Shown piece after piece: positions 1 to 13,009 of a DNA stretch of 64,000 bases. Below the pieces are notes generated by a model. It was given only the letters and a program-made list of their open reading frames with translations. It was not told the origin of the DNA and ran no database searches. A program made the position numbers and the translations under genes. Position 1 is the stretch's first letter. Each line of letters begins with the position of its first letter. The DNA comes from Tubiluchus corallicola (taxonomy: Eukaryota; Animalia; Priapulida): assembly GCA_030141605.1 (NCBI GenBank), contig JAQGDQ010000175.1:372001-436000 (forward strand). Reading direction: 5' to 3'.

Positions 1-418
1 TGGAACATGGAAAAGTCTTCTTAGTACTAGATGAGTTTACATACTGCTGTCTGTGTACGTGTTACATTCTAATAAACTAAAATATTACTATGCATGAACT
101 TTAGTATTCATTAGTTAGCTAGCTGTTTAACTTTTGACCTTTTCACGATCATCATCAATCGTTGGAACTTATTGTTCTGAATGTTCTAATACTGTGAAGA
201 GTGATTCTCATCAGAACTTAAACACTGACTTGAAATTGAATTATTGATTGTTCTGATTTGGTTTTGGTGTTCTTTGTTCTGTTCGTATGGAGGGTCCCGT
301 CAATGAAAACACCAATGCGTCACGTGACTCCAAAACTGTTCCTCTGTTTTATGCCACTAATATGAAGGTTTTATTTCACGCTGCTATGAAAAGATTTTAC
401 CATTAACAATCAACCTAC

Positions 419-554
419 CTGCGGGTATATCTTGCGGATTCTTGGTAAAGAGGGTACAGTAATAATTGCAGTAAATTTCTGAATTCTTCGCTTCTTGCAA
501 CATTTCTTGGCATGCGTCCAATGCATCGATGTTCGTGAATCCCTTTGCACGTAA
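419..554 (-). CDS. METTL27: METTL27/WBSCR27-like methyltransferase, coding exon 3 (gene continues past left edge)
   Basis: tttgcag acceptor, G|gtagg donor, 136 nt: LRAKGFTNIDALDACQEMLQEAKNSEIYCNYYCTLFTKNPQDIPA; in phase 0 after the 3054 donor; resembles the class I MTase post-motif-I segment. Confidence 0.85.
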
Positions 555-848
555 CTGCAAACATAGAATATTACGTTATAAGATGCAGAGCTCTGCACTT
601 GAATTGTATTTGCCCGCATTTGACATGATTTTGCTTCAATGTTTTACTTCAAGTGGGACGGTTGGCTAGATTGAGCTTATCGCATTAAAAATTTATTATA
701 GTCAAGGTAGGTAGGGTAAAATGGGCTGATTTATACTAACTAACGTCGCCCAATGAGCTTTGGGTTTTAGTAAAAATAAAGTAGTATGGTAGTATCGCAT
801 ACATACCTGGCGTAGTTTTTTGTCCGACATTAGCCTGTTTTACCTTAA

Positions 849-1790
849 AGGAAGACCGGACGATTGTTAAGACTCAATCTCATTTTAATTTACGGTCCAA
901 AATGTACATTTTCTTGCCTATAAATTTAACAATTGTTTCTTATATTTGGATAATTAGCTTAGAAAGTTAATTAACGGCAACCGAACACAGCTATTGCTTA
1001 CGTCAGACACTAGCCATTGTATGTGCAATGGCAGGCGTCGTCCCTTGCGCCTCAAGCACATTTGCATAAGTGTTACAGTACTGTTTAAACGCATGATGTC
1101 ACGAAAAATGGGCTCTACAGCATATGACGTCACGAAACTAACACTGCAGTTCATAATCTTGGTTATCATGGTATCGCCTTCTAGTAAAGAGAAGATGTTA
1201 GATTACGTTAAAAGTGTTAAATTATGCTAGACATTTATTCTGATGGAATGCTGGCATGAAGCCAGCTAAAGCGTGGCATCACGTGATCAGGTGATTCAGA
1301 ACCGAAGTTAGCGTAGGCGCCGATGCGCAGAAGCTCCGGCGCACGGTAGCTTAGATAAGCCTTGTGATGCATCCATCAGATCAGATTGAGTTAGAGGCTG
1401 GAGCAAGGCAGATCAGATCAGGGGGCTTGGCATTACTATCTATTATATTATTTATTGTGTTTGATGTTCAATAAAGGTGTAGTTTCTTAACCGGACTCTT
1501 AATAGTTTTGCCATCCCTAAAACACCAATATTCAGCTATACACAAACAACGCAAGCAATTATTTTACTCTTCTATTTGTCAGCCACGTGAACGTGACAGA
1601 AAGGCGCCACTGCCAATCTTAGTAGATTCACTGATCCGCGCGTAGCTTTGAAAGTTTAATGAAATTTGAGCATACGAGGTAATTATTATTTAATCTAAGC
1701 TTTGATTTAAAAGAAGCCATTGTAGTTTTTAATAATTTAGAGCAGTCTTTATTCTGAACTCGCGTGTTTATACAATCATCCGGTTTTCCT
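849..1790. mobile_element. Kolobok/T2-like non-autonomous DNA transposon, family A copy 1 (carries nested insertion)
   Basis: TTAA|AGGAAGACCGGA...TCCGGTTTTCCT|TTAT termini; co-linear with 19057-19501 apart from the 1183-1568 insert and smaller indels. Confidence 0.8.
1183..1568 (+). mobile_element. Solo-LTR-like insertion nested in the MITE
   Basis: AGTAAA...TTTACT termini, 5-bp TSD CTTCT (1178-1182 and 1569-1573), internal AATAAA near 1470; the empty site is visible in the 19057 copy. Confidence 0.75.
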
Positions 1791-1993
1791 TTATATGGAA
1801 ACAAACTATGATGTAACACAGTTATAAGAAGTCATGTTTGGGAATAACAATCCAAAATTAAATAAATATTCAGCAGAAAGCAAGCTATGATTTTGATTGA
1901 ACACATTGTAGAGACTTTGGGCTAGTCTAGATGGGATTTAGAATGAGAAAAGGAAAAGCTACGTAAAGTGTTTGATAAAGACTAAATATTGAC

Positions 1994-2077
1994 CTACTAC
2001 TGCTGCTGCTGCTGCTGCTGCTACTGCTACTGCTACTGCTACTACTGCTACTGCTACTGCTACTGCTACTGCTACTG

Positions 2078-2134
<57 letters not shown>

Positions 2135-2180
2135 TTACTACTACTACTACTGCTACTACTATTATTATTACTATTATTGC

Positions 2181-2214
<34 letters not shown>

Positions 2215-2236
2215 CTTCTTCTTCTTCTTCTTCTTG
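1994..2236. repeat. Compound trinucleotide microsatellite (CTG/CTA/TTG/TTC)
   Basis: Direct inspection. Confidence 0.97.
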
Positions 2237-2843
2237 TTAATATTACTGTGTTTTACTGTATATTGTGTTGACGATTATACCCCATGTGCGGGGTTTTGTC
2301 TTCATTGTAATGTACTGCATTGTTTACGTAATGTTTTGTAACTTGTAATTGTAATTGTAATTGAATTGATTGTCTATCGTCAACAAATATTATTATCAAG
2401 ATCAAAAGACACACAGGACAAAAGCGACAAACTATTAGTAATTTGCATTAAACGTTGATTTGTGTTAGAACGATAAATGGCATCAAGTGCCGAATTTTAG
2501 TCAACTAATCAATCAGTCAGTCAGTCAGTCAGCCAATCTGTCAGTCGCTCATCCCATCAGCCAAACTAGCGATCGATAAATTATCAGTTGATTTCGTACA
2601 TAGGAAATAAAAGATGAAGAAAAAAAAATTAAAAAAAAAATTAAAAAGTTGTAAGGAATTGCGTGGAATGGTTTTAGCAATTGTCAAGAACCTTCATCGA
2701 GTTTGTTTGCGTTATGTTTACAAATTTGTACAAATTAATATGACACGTCTCGACACCAAACCGGTTTTATTGCTACAGTTATTAAAAATGGCGTCCTTTT
2801 CTCTCTCCCTCTATTATACTGTTTACATATGTTTCCTTTTCCA

Positions 2844-3045
2844 TCATGTGTAGTTTAATGGACAACGCATTTGCTTTCCGTACGCGAGGTTGTGGGTTCG
2901 ATACCACGGTTCTTAGTTGCAAAAACCTTAAACCTTGCCTGCCGCATAGTATTTATGGTAAAAGCGGAGTCATAGTATAAGGTACACTAAGGTTGAGTCT
3001 GTTGTCTTTAAAGTCGAACTGAAATAAAGTTTATTGTTATTATTT
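2844..3045 (+). mobile_element. tRNA-derived SINE (intronic)
   Basis: A-box TAGTTTAATGG (~2851), B-box GGTTCGATACC (~2896), unrelated body, AATAAA and TTA-type tail; no complete cloverleaf. Confidence 0.6.
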
Positions 3046-3053
3046 ACACCTAC

Positions 3054-3176
3054 CTGTTGTCCTACGAGACCTGTTCCAGCACAAACATCCAAAATTCTGG
3101 CATTTTTGTCCTTCATCAGTTCTGACATGTATTGTGCAGCATAAAACGGACCTCTGTAATTAGCCCTTGTTATATC
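3054..3176 (-). CDS. METTL27: METTL27/WBSCR27-like methyltransferase, coding exon 2 (SAM-binding motif I)
   Basis: ctgcag|...|gtagg, 123 nt, phase 0-0: DITRANYRGPFYAAQYMSELMKDKNARILDVCAGTGLVGQQ; ILDVxxGTG is motif I and YRGP resembles METTL27 YRAP. Family assigned from recall; orthology not tested. Confidence 0.88.
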
Positions 3177-3720
3177 CTGCAGTATACGACTGTTTTATAC
3201 TACTTGTAAGCAAATTGCTGGTTTTTTTTGTTATAAGTATTTGATTTGGTTGTTTTTTATATCAGAATTCATTAGTTTGTGTTTTTTTCGTAATTTACAT
3301 AGTGGCGGGTCTAGGCCTAAATTGGAACTTTGAAGCTCAGGCTTCAGGATGGGTCCCTAATCATAGAGAGACCCCAGAAACAACGCTTTAGTGGGTGAAT
3401 CGTTTACTCAATCAGCATTGTTATCGTTACGTGGTATAAAAACACATTTTAGTCCATCACGGTTGAAGAGTCCCTAGAAAATGTGATTACAGGAAGTGCT
3501 CTCTTGACCAAACTGAGCATGAATTTTTCCCCAGGAAAAACAGGAAAGTGTATTTTTAAAAACGTCCTTCATATGTAACATGTTCTCATATAACAGGTAA
3601 GATTATATCGATTCTAATTATTGCAACAACTGCAAAATTCTTACTTGTGTTTTCACCAGTTGAGAAGCGCCCAAAATGTAGATCCACCATTTATTTGTGT
3701 GAAAGAATATTAATTTTTAA

Positions 3721-4399
3721 AAGACAAGAAAAAAGGGGTACCTGAAGTAGGTTTCAGAAAAATCACCTTAAAAATATATTACTTTATAGCAATTTTATGC
3801 ATATATCGTACTCGTGTTGAAAGGAATTTTTGTTTGTTTTAATTTTAAATCTCCCGCAACACTATTCCGAAGTCGCCATTACATGACGTCACTGCGCCAC
3901 GTAAATCAGGGGAAGAAAAGGAAATGTTAAATTATGTACCAAAAAACTTTCCATGCAAATCTATATTACTCAGTATTTCGCTTACCTGCTGGAAAGACTT
4001 ATGTGACTAAAAAAGAAAATAATTATTTAAAATGCTTTCAACAAATTGGTAAAATGTCGCTGACTCACCCTCCAGGGTGCGCCACTCACTAGCCAAAAAC
4101 GTATTTTTAATCTGATTGACAAGATACAGTAATTTAAAATTTTACTCATTTAGTTACATATGTGCCACGAATGCTCTGGTTATTTTTTAAAACTTTGCTC
4201 AATGTTATTTTAACTTGTTTCAAACGATTTGTCGTCAAAATGGCTGCGTCTAGCGGTCATCGCAGGAGTTTAAATTTACATGTTTTATACAGAGTTACTG
4301 CCGACGCAAGTCGAATATGCAAAAAGGTAGTATGTAGGTGATATAAAATTTCAAAACGAATTTTTAAGCTTTATGTAAGTGGAAGATTTTCTTGGTGCT
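3721..4399 (+). mobile_element. Kolobok-like MITE family B copy 1
   Basis: TTAA on both flanks, imperfect TIR AAGACAAGAAAA / TTTTCTTGGTGCT; homologous in inverted orientation to 62686-63343. Confidence 0.72.
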
Positions 4400-4531
4400 T
4401 TAAGCAGATTTTCTTCTGTCTGGATTTTCTCTAGTCTAATCGTTCAAGTTCACATTTCACAACGCTTATGGGTCATTCATTATAATCATTGTTATATACA
4501 AGTAATCAGTTTACTGATTTGTTTTGCTTAC

Positions 4532-4666
4532 ATTAGAATATTGTGCTCCCCATTTACTATATACATTTAACGTGTCTGTAATGGTGTTGGTTGAGTGAAT
4601 AAGTTCTTCCGCTGTCGAACTTGGCTTCGCGTCGCCTAGGCTACCTTCATATTCTATCTTTGACAT
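4532..4666 (-). CDS. METTL27: METTL27/WBSCR27-like methyltransferase, first coding exon
   Basis: ATG at 4666 just after an acceptor (4680-4681), gtaagc donor at 4531: MSKIEYEG...LNVYSKWGAQYSN; YxxWxxxY joins DIT..YRGP as in METTL27. Confidence 0.82.
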
Positions 4667-4787
4667 TTTCTTTGGAGACCTATAAGTCAAAAATTGAATG
4701 GTAAAGTGGCGCATAGTAATATTTTAGTTTATTAGAATGTAACACATACACACGGAGAGCAGTATGTAAATTCATCTAGTACTAATA

Positions 4788-5172
4788 AGTCTTTTCACAG
4801 TTCCAGCGATTGATGGTGATCGTGAAAAGGTCAAAGGTTAAGTGTACCACACAACGCATTTATGTACATTTGACAGCGCCTCGCTGCGCATGCTATTGTA
4901 ATAGTAACAGTTTTAACAGTTAGCTAGAACTTTACCTAGTTCATTTCTTCTTGTTTGCAAGCAAGATCCTGCTAGTAAATCACTCTGTGCATAGACTAAC
5001 GCATAATTAAGTAAAGTCCACGAAAAACAAATGAAATTACTGTTCTGATGTGGAGACGACTTTGCTTTGCCCACATGGCACGTGACTGTTGTAGTTAAGA
5101 CACGTTGCTGTGGTATACTTGACCTTTGACCTTTTCACGATCATCATCAATCGCTGGAACTGTGAAAAGGCT
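4788..5172. mobile_element. MITE with ~50-bp TIRs and TA flanks
   Basis: AGTCTTTTCACAGTTCCAGCGATTGATGGTGATCGTGAAAAGGTCAAAGGT at 4788 with its near-perfect reverse complement ending at 5172; partial TIR copies at ~1-20 and ~131-169. Confidence 0.8.
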
Positions 5173-7481
5173 TAAATTAACACATTCGCTAAGCATTTGT
5201 GGAGGAGGCAACACTTGTTTAGACTTTACGGAGGTGCACATTGCAGATATAGATACGGATGGGAACTAATAACTATATTATTATACTAGAAGGGAAGTTT
5301 TTGAAAATGAACAACAACAACAAATCATGATGGAGTGATCAGTTATATGTTTCAAGTCAGTGTAATTTATACTTCCAGTAGGTACGTCAGAGTAGTTGAG
5401 AAGTTATTTGAATCAACGTTCATCTGCATGGACGAATCAAAGGAATCTAGTCTCACTCGCAGGTTGCCTGGTTTCGTAATTTGCTGCATAACGGTAGGCA
5501 GGACAGATGGTCCTTATGAGCGATATAATCACACCACTTCATCAATTACATGTTGAACGTTATTGTTATTTTTGTGAATATTTTTACACACAAATCAAAT
5601 AAATTTGAAAACAGTCGAGTCGAAACTCGAAATCGATAAATTAAAGATAAAGAAACGTAAGTTAATTTTAGTAGAGAAAAATATCACCACCATTTTAGTG
5701 GAAGCAACGAACAGAACTAAGAAAGCATTAGTAAAAAATTGGCTTCTCTTATATGTAAGTGAATTCCTGAAACAGGGGCGCAGCGTGTCAAATTCTTCAC
5801 GCCACCTATATACAAAAATGGCCAGAAACAACCTTGTGTTTTTACATCTTATGCTTGTATAATTTTTATATACAACTGATTCCCAAAACAGCATTATAAT
5901 ATGACTGCCTAAAAGTAAAATGCAATGGTTTACATAGTCAAATTGAAGAATAACAAGAATACTATGTTTATTCTTATTACGAACACAGCTATATATAACT
6001 AGGAAACTGACTGCAAATTAACATAATTTATTAAGACCAGACATATTAACAAATTAACATAATCTATTCTATTAAGACCAGACGGAATTTCGCTGAAGTT
6101 TTTCTCTAATTGGCAGTCTTAGATTTAGTATTGTAAAATAGAATCATACGTCTAAATCTAGAAAACTTATCACTTGTGACATGCAATACTGACCCTGAAC
6201 ACTTGGCTTTACTTCTTCAACTAAACAGACTCGACGTGTAGAATTTGACTCACAACAGAAACGATGATTCCTCGTGATGTTGCTTCACGGTCTGAGCAGT
6301 TTTGCAAAACAAGACGACTTTTTTGAAGTCGAATCGTTAAGCCTGCCTAGCAACTGTCAATGCTATAATTCAATCTGCTGTACGATGTTTATCATTAATT
6401 AATGCACTTCTCTGTTCCAGACTACTGAGCCTAACTTATTTAAAGCTAAAAAGCTAATGTTATCTCAACAAATAAAATGTTAGTACGATCGCTAATTAGG
6501 CAATTAATGTTAATTAATTAATTACCCGACTACGGGAGCTGCGGCTGGGTCGGAATAGCTATGATGGACGACCTCAGACCACGAAATACGCGTTGTGAAG
6601 TAAATCTCTATCTCACAAGTTTACTAGCTGGGTTCTGCAATAAGTCGCTTCAATATGAATATGCTTCATGGTAGATTCGAGTGACAGATAGTATCTCTAC
6701 GAGTATGCAAGGGTTCTGAGTAATACTAGATCACACAAATCAAAGTGAACAAGCTGTTGACAATGGTATACAGGTTTATTGATTAGACAAATTTATAAGA
6801 TATTTTAACAATAACAACATTCAAATAAATCTACGCGTGTTGCGTTTATAAACAGTAATCCAAATTACACGACTGCGGTGTCGCATTACAATTCAATATA
6901 ATCTTCTACAATTCGGAGACAACTGTTACTTTAATCAGAGCATACAATCTTCCACCGTTAAGCACAGATTGCTTAACAACACTATATAATGTATTAAATT
7001 ACTTAACTCGGGGACTGGCCAATCTTACAAGTTCTTTTAATTGGCCAAGTCCTGTTCCTATCTCGAGCCATCCTAAGCTTCAGTGGTTGGAGTTCCAACG
7101 ACGCAGATGTTCACTCTACGCTAAGCAATGGAAACGATCTCCTACCTTCAGAGTTTTCTGTCTGAGAGTCCACCCCGTTACCTTCTTGACATCGACCAGA
7201 ATTCAAACCAACAACCCCTAATTCTTCGTGCACTATCCTTTTGAACCTCGGGTCATGTGACAAGACACACTCCGTGGCTGGTCATCAGAGCACTCTGACT
7301 CCTTTGGACTCTATTGATCTGATCACCTAAGCATCTCGACTTGACCATTGCCTTAATACATTTACTATCAGTGGGGCAAGGTCCCATAATGTCACTGTTC
7401 CAAAATTTTATAGCCCTACTTTCAGTCTCATTAACGTTTACTGAATTAGTTCGGAGCTTGTCTCGTACCCACATGATCGAC

Positions 7482-7616
7482 ATCTGGACATTGTGTTCTT
7501 AATCATGAACAATGGGGTACCACCTGATCTGGACATTGTATTCTTAATCATGAACAATGGGGTACCACCTGATCTAGACATTGTATTCTTAATCATGAAC
7601 AATGGGGTACCACCTG
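7482..7616. repeat. 45-bp tandem repeat x3
   Basis: ATCTGGACATTGTATTCTTAATCATGAACAATGGGGTACCACCTG at 7482, 7527, 7572. Confidence 0.95.
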
Positions 7617-7941
7617 CTATTTAGCTAGGAAGTAGGTGGACTATGGTAATGAGTTACAAATTACCTCTTAACTTTATTCTATTCGAAACAATATAGGCCA
7701 ATCACCTTTTAGATTTCATAGAGTTCATTCTACAGTTATATCTTACTTTGCTTATTACTTTAATTATTAATCAGTTGTCCCAAATGTTTTCATACATACA
7801 TTAAATTCAAGATACAAGCTGGCTGAGTCATTTTCCCTGAACGGAATAATCTTCGTTCAGATGCTAATTATTCATTAATTGATTTCAATTTTACTTTCCT
7901 AATGAATGATTTAACATTCTAAAATAAATTCATAACAGTAG

Positions 7942-8326
7942 AGTAAGGAGAATGTATTTCAAATTGATGATTAAACATTAAATTATTGCTTCAGTCGGAA
8001 GCTGAGTTAGGTGGTGCACATCACGCCACGATTAGCTGATGTTTGACCCACTTAAGAGGACGCGTCATGATTATAGATTTGATGACGTAACTCCTATGCG
8101 CAGAAGTTTAGTGCGCATCAGGACAGACTAGAGATCTGATCCGGAGACTGAGGGCTAGCCTGTGTTCTTTGCTCTTTGTACTTATATCTTATGTTTAATA
8201 AATGTGCAATTTTATTTTTTAAAGACTTGTTAGTTTGCTATGCCCTCTCGGCTGTTCACGACACTCACGAGCCATACAGCTACAGCAACAGTAAACAACA
8301 ATAAATAGCAGCTATAAACCCTTACA
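7942..8326 (+). mobile_element. Solo-LTR-like element, distant relative of 1183-1568
   Basis: AGTAAGG...CCTTACA termini, 385 bp, shared TGCGCAGAAG..GCGCA motif and similarly placed AATAAA; no TSD recognised. Confidence 0.5.
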
Positions 8327-8540
8327 AACTCACTTTTAGTTCGCGTGCCTAGCAATGTCACTAGGTTTAGTTAATAATTAAAAGTTTGTGAATAATTTAG
8401 TGCATTTATGTGGTACATAATTTGCAGTACTGCCGTGCAAAAATAAAGAGCCCTAACTACGGTTTTAATTCAAACAGGTGGCGCTCTTTGTTGCTATTAC
8501 AATTATGTTTCATTTAAAGCAGTAGTTTTCGCAAGTAATT

Positions 8541-9743
8541 TCCCGTGACAGCTAGGGTGTACAAGAACGAGCTCCATTACAGAATTAGAAGCAGTAACTG
8601 TCCCGTGACAGCTAGGGTGTACAAGAACGAGCTCCATTACAGAATTAAAAGCAGTAACTGTATCGTGACAGCTAGGGTGTACAAGAACGAGCCCCATTAC
8701 AGAATTAAAGGCAGTAACTGTCCCGTGACAGCTAGGGTGTACAAGAACGAGCTCCATTACAGGATTCAAGGCAATAACTGTCCCGTGACAGCTAGGGTGT
8801 ACAAGAACGAGCTCCATTACAGAATTAAAATCAGTAACTGTATCGTGACAGCTAGGGTGTACAAGAACGAGCTCCATTACAGAATTAAAGGCAGTAACTG
8901 TCTCGTGACAGCTAGGGTGTACAAGAACCAGCCCAATTACAGAATTAAAGGCAGTAACTGTCCCGTGACAGCTAGGGTATACAAGAACGAGCTCCATGAC
9001 CGAACTAAAATCAGTAACTGTCCCGTGACAGCTAGGGTGTGCAAGAACGAGCCCCATTACAGAATTAAAGGCAGTAACTGTCCCGTGACAGCTAGGGTGT
9101 ACAAGAACCAGCCCAATTACAGAATTAAAGGCAGTAACTGTCCCGTGACAGCTAGGGTGTACAAGAACGAGCTCCATGACCGAACTAAAATCAGTAACTG
9201 TCCCGTGACAGCAAGGGTGCACAAGAACGAGCCCCATTACAGAATTAAAGGCAGTAACTGTCCCGTGACAGCTAGGGTTTACAAGAACGAGCCCAATTAC
9301 AGAATTAAAGGCAGTAACTGTCCCGTGACAGCTAGGGTATACAAGAACGAGCTCCATTACCGAATTAAAATCAGTAACTGTCCCGTGACAGCTAGGGTGT
9401 ACAAGAACGAGCCCCATTACAGAATTAAAGGCAGTAACTGTCCCGTGACAGCTAGGGTGCACAAGAACGAGCCCCATTACAGAATTAAAGGCAGTAACTG
9501 TCCCGTGACAGCTAGGGTGTACAAGAACGAGCTCCATTACAGAATTAAAATCAGTAACTGTCCCGTGACAGCTAGGGTGTACAAGAACGAGCCCCATTAC
9601 AGAATTAAAGGCAGTAACTGTCCCGTGACAGCTAGGGTTTACAAGAACGAGCTCCATTACAGAATTAAAATCAGTAACTGTCCTGTGGCAGCTAGGGTGT
9701 ACAAGAACGAGCCCCATTACAGAATTAAAGGCAGTAACTGTCC
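8541..9743. repeat. 60-bp minisatellite, ~20 copies
   Basis: Unit TCCCGTGACAGCTAGGGTGTACAAGAACGAGCYCCATTACAGAATTAAAGGCAGTAACTG aligned exactly with the 60-nt lines. Confidence 0.98.
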
Positions 9744-10614
9744 AGGGAACTATGAGAACTGGCACTTATAGGATCTCACTAAACAGACATAAAAGCAGTA
9801 ACTTCCCAGCAAACTAAACAGCAGTATCTTCGTTACATTTGTGGCCTGTCTTCCATTAGAATACAAATTTTGACACTGGTGTTTGACTTTGTGAGAAATG
9901 ACATTGGCCCCATTGTTAAGCTAAAAAGGCAAGAAGCAGCACCTGCCAAGGCAATAGCTCGTGTCCTTTAATTCTATTTATAAATGGACTGCTTCGTTTC
10001 TGTTTTAGCAGAATAGCAGATAGTTATATAATAATGTTTAGATATTCATCTTCATTAGAGGCATAATTATTTGGAAGCAACATTGCAAACTTTAATTCAC
10101 AATAGAAATATGATGTGTAATTGAGGCTGGTTTGCTATAAATCATTCCCCGTGTTACTGATGACATTAACATTAATAATTAACATTAATATCATAAATAA
10201 CATGGGAGTTTTTTGTAGCAACTTGGTCCAGCCTCAACTACGTATGGTAGCCATAGTTTTTATCACTAGCTGCATGCAGGGGGCGTATCAATACATTACG
10301 GTGTTTTTGGTTGATAATTCAGTCCCCCACCCATCTCTATTATGGATTTATGATTGTTTATATTTGAACTGTAATGAATAATTACTTGTGGCGCGTTACA
10401 AAATATGCGCTTTATATGAATATGAAAGGAAATACATTTTTCGAGGAGAATAAGAATTTTTTTACACTGGATCCCTAAATCTGGCGCCCTCAAAATTTAG
10501 CACGCTAGGCTACACCTAGTTAGTTACGCATAATTATTTCATGTAATTCTCTGTGCGACGTTTTTATAGTGGATAAAAACAAACACCCAAAACATTTGGC
10601 TTGCAGCCGCTGCA

Positions 10615-10921
10615 ATGGATTGGTCAAAATTTCAAAGCAGCATTTTTCTTATCGTGCTGTATCCTTGGCTGAGTTTAGCAAGTGATTTAACTTTAACAAA
10701 TTATAAAAAAGTGTTGACAGATAAAATTATAGCAGGATGCATTCTTGACACAAGATATGTCCGTAGTACACTTGATTGTGCACGCCAGTGTATCAAGCAG
10801 GCAAGATGTGTTGGTTTCGGAACAGGTCCAAGCGACAACGGAACATTGTGTGATCTAAGAGCTCATGCAGCAAGTAACTTCGCCCAAACTGTAATGGATA
10901 ATTTTATATTGTACCAGAAAG
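10615..10921 (+). CDS. Secreted PAN/apple-domain protein, first coding exon
   Basis: ATG plus hydrophobic signal peptide (IFLIVLYPWLSLA), PAN pattern STLDCARQCIKQARCVGF...CDL...FILYQK, phase-1 donor G|gtaaag at 10922. Confidence 0.8.
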
Positions 10922-11876
10922 GTAAAGTTTTGTTGATATCACTGGTAGTTCAATTTAAATGCTTAATTTTAATTAGTAGAAATCCTACACTAAAACACCG
11001 TAATTACGTTGAAATGAGTGTATGGCTGGAATTGTGGCCTCTTGGTTGTTTTGTCAATTAGCCAGTGGGTTGATGAGAAGAGGTAGATACGGTGGTTGAG
11101 ACATTACAATTAGTTTGCAACTCAATACACTGAAGGCCAATTATCGACATTGGTTATTGTTAAACATGGTTTACGATTGATGATGTAAGACTCTTAACTA
11201 ACGTTAAAAAAGCCACTTTAGTGACATTTAAATACTCCTAGTATGTGCCGGTCCATACAAAAATGTGGCCTTATTTAAAATAAGTTTGTAAAAATGTCAC
11301 AAAAATTGTGAACCCTTTCCACATTTTAGCCCTCATCTGAGTATTCTTTCATACCAAATTTCTTCTTATTATACCTTAATGCTTATCTGATTAAAAACTA
11401 AAGCTCATTAATCATCAGTATTGATACTTTTTGACTTATTAAGCAACGAATTTTCGGAGAATAAATATTGATAGGACAAACAAAAATAATTTGGCGAGGA
11501 ACTAATATCAAATACATGAAGAAGCCAGCCTCTAGGAGTCAATATCATGTTTATTAATTGCAGATGATCCTTTCTACAGATGTGTCATTATCAATGTTAG
11601 AAGTCAAGCTAAAAAGAATAATTAGTACATCTATGATGCTAATATTGTAATATTTTGTGCGGTGGTATTACTGTATCATAAATATTCTAATTATTCTTTT
11701 TGGCTTGATTTCTAGCATTGAGAATGACACGTATGTTGAAACGATTGTCTGCGTCTGATAAACATGTTGAACTAATATCAGTTCTTACTAAGTAAAAGGC
11801 CCATATAGAATCAAAGATAATCACATTAGTCACAGTAGTAAATTAATTCTAAAGTTCATAATTTTGTCTTTTACAG

Positions 11877-11919
11877 ACGGCATTCTATTTTATTCTATTG
11901 TAATTTTCGCGACTGAAAT
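11877..11919 (+). CDS. Possible second exon of the PAN gene
   Basis: ttttacag acceptor and gtaagt donor; open in phase 1 (DGILFYSIVIFATE); no domain support. Confidence 0.35.
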
Positions 11920-12105
11920 GTAAGTTTAGGAGTTATCCAGTTACTTAACAGCCTATGACTTTGCAACTGATTTGTTTCTGAGGAAACTGAGTTTCAATAA
12001 TGCAACCAAAAACAATCGCTGTTGTTAATAACAATCTTGTATCGCTTTATTACTGACATTTCGACACAGTCTTGAATCATCGTCAGACCACTAGCTTGTG
12101 AAAGC

Positions 12106-12474
12106 TAGAGGTGACCATTCTCTATCAAAAAAACTAATTCAAATCGAATCAAATTTTTGACTTTCAAACGCGAATCAAACCGAATTCAAAATCAGTTTTA
12201 AAGATTTTCGAATGGATTTTTGAATCACTAATAAAAAGCTGTCTGGCAAAGATAATGCGTATTGCTTGACATTGTTCTGCAGTAAAAAAATTGTTTAAAA
12301 ATTATGCACAGAAATCACTAAGTTGTGCTGATTGCTGTTTCAAACGTTTTAGTGATAAAGAACATATGTAGTTGATGTGGTGAATTATTCGAATCCGCAA
12401 TTTTAGGTTCGATTAGAAAAACTGGTTGAAATCGAAGTCGAACTTTCGAATACGAACGTTCTCTGTTCAACCTA
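12106..12474. mobile_element. hAT-type MITE
   Basis: TAGAGGTGACC...GTTCAACCTA termini, 8-bp TSD GTGAAAGC/GTGAAAGT, subterminal (T)CGAAT motifs. Confidence 0.75.
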
Positions 12475-13009
12475 GTGAAAGTGCTCTGACAATGAAGCAA
12501 GTTTGCATTGAAACATAAGCTGTAAAGAGGTGCCATGTTGTTATCAACAATACCCGTGTTTTCAACAATATAAGTATAAACCTACTACTATGCATAAACT
12601 GTTCATTATTATTTATTTGTCACTGTTGCTGACTGTTTATACTTTCCATACTTACAGAGGTCCATGTATCCACCTTTGAATGACGTAGACGTCTTTTTTG
12701 CACACGAAATCTATGGCACAAGGTTTTACATAGAGGGCAGAGTAACCGACATTCTTGAGCGTAATGGGTAGGCATTTGTATTTACCAAAATAACTTCCAA
12801 GTGTGACCAGTCACTTGTCGTTGTTTAACTCATGTGGTTTCCTTTTAGGAACCCAATATATCATATTTAACATAGATATGACCAGAATTTGCCCATTTAT
12901 CATTAACATCATTTATTATCAAACACATGTACAGTTAAGTCACATAAGTGGTTCAAATAAAAAAAGTAAGTAGACTAATAGTGAAAGTAAAGATAAATAT
13001 TAAACCCTG

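Noticed and set aside
1989-2240. Cys/Tyr-rich ORF (also 12953-13309, 51781-51981, 59134-59373)
   Set aside because: Microsatellite translations
2844-2912. tRNA gene
   Set aside because: A and B boxes present but no complete cloverleaf, followed by a SINE-like body and tail
8503-9771. 420-aa and 408-aa repeat ORFs; CRISPR-like appearance
   Set aside because: Pure tandem 60-mer with no unique spacers and no cas genes; the openness follows from unit length, and no splice or domain context supports coding
12658-12767. Third exon of the PAN gene (RSMYPPLND...GTRFYIEGRVTD)
   Set aside because: Open only in phase 0 from the strong acceptor, incompatible with the upstream donors unless a weak GAG acceptor is used; left unresolved
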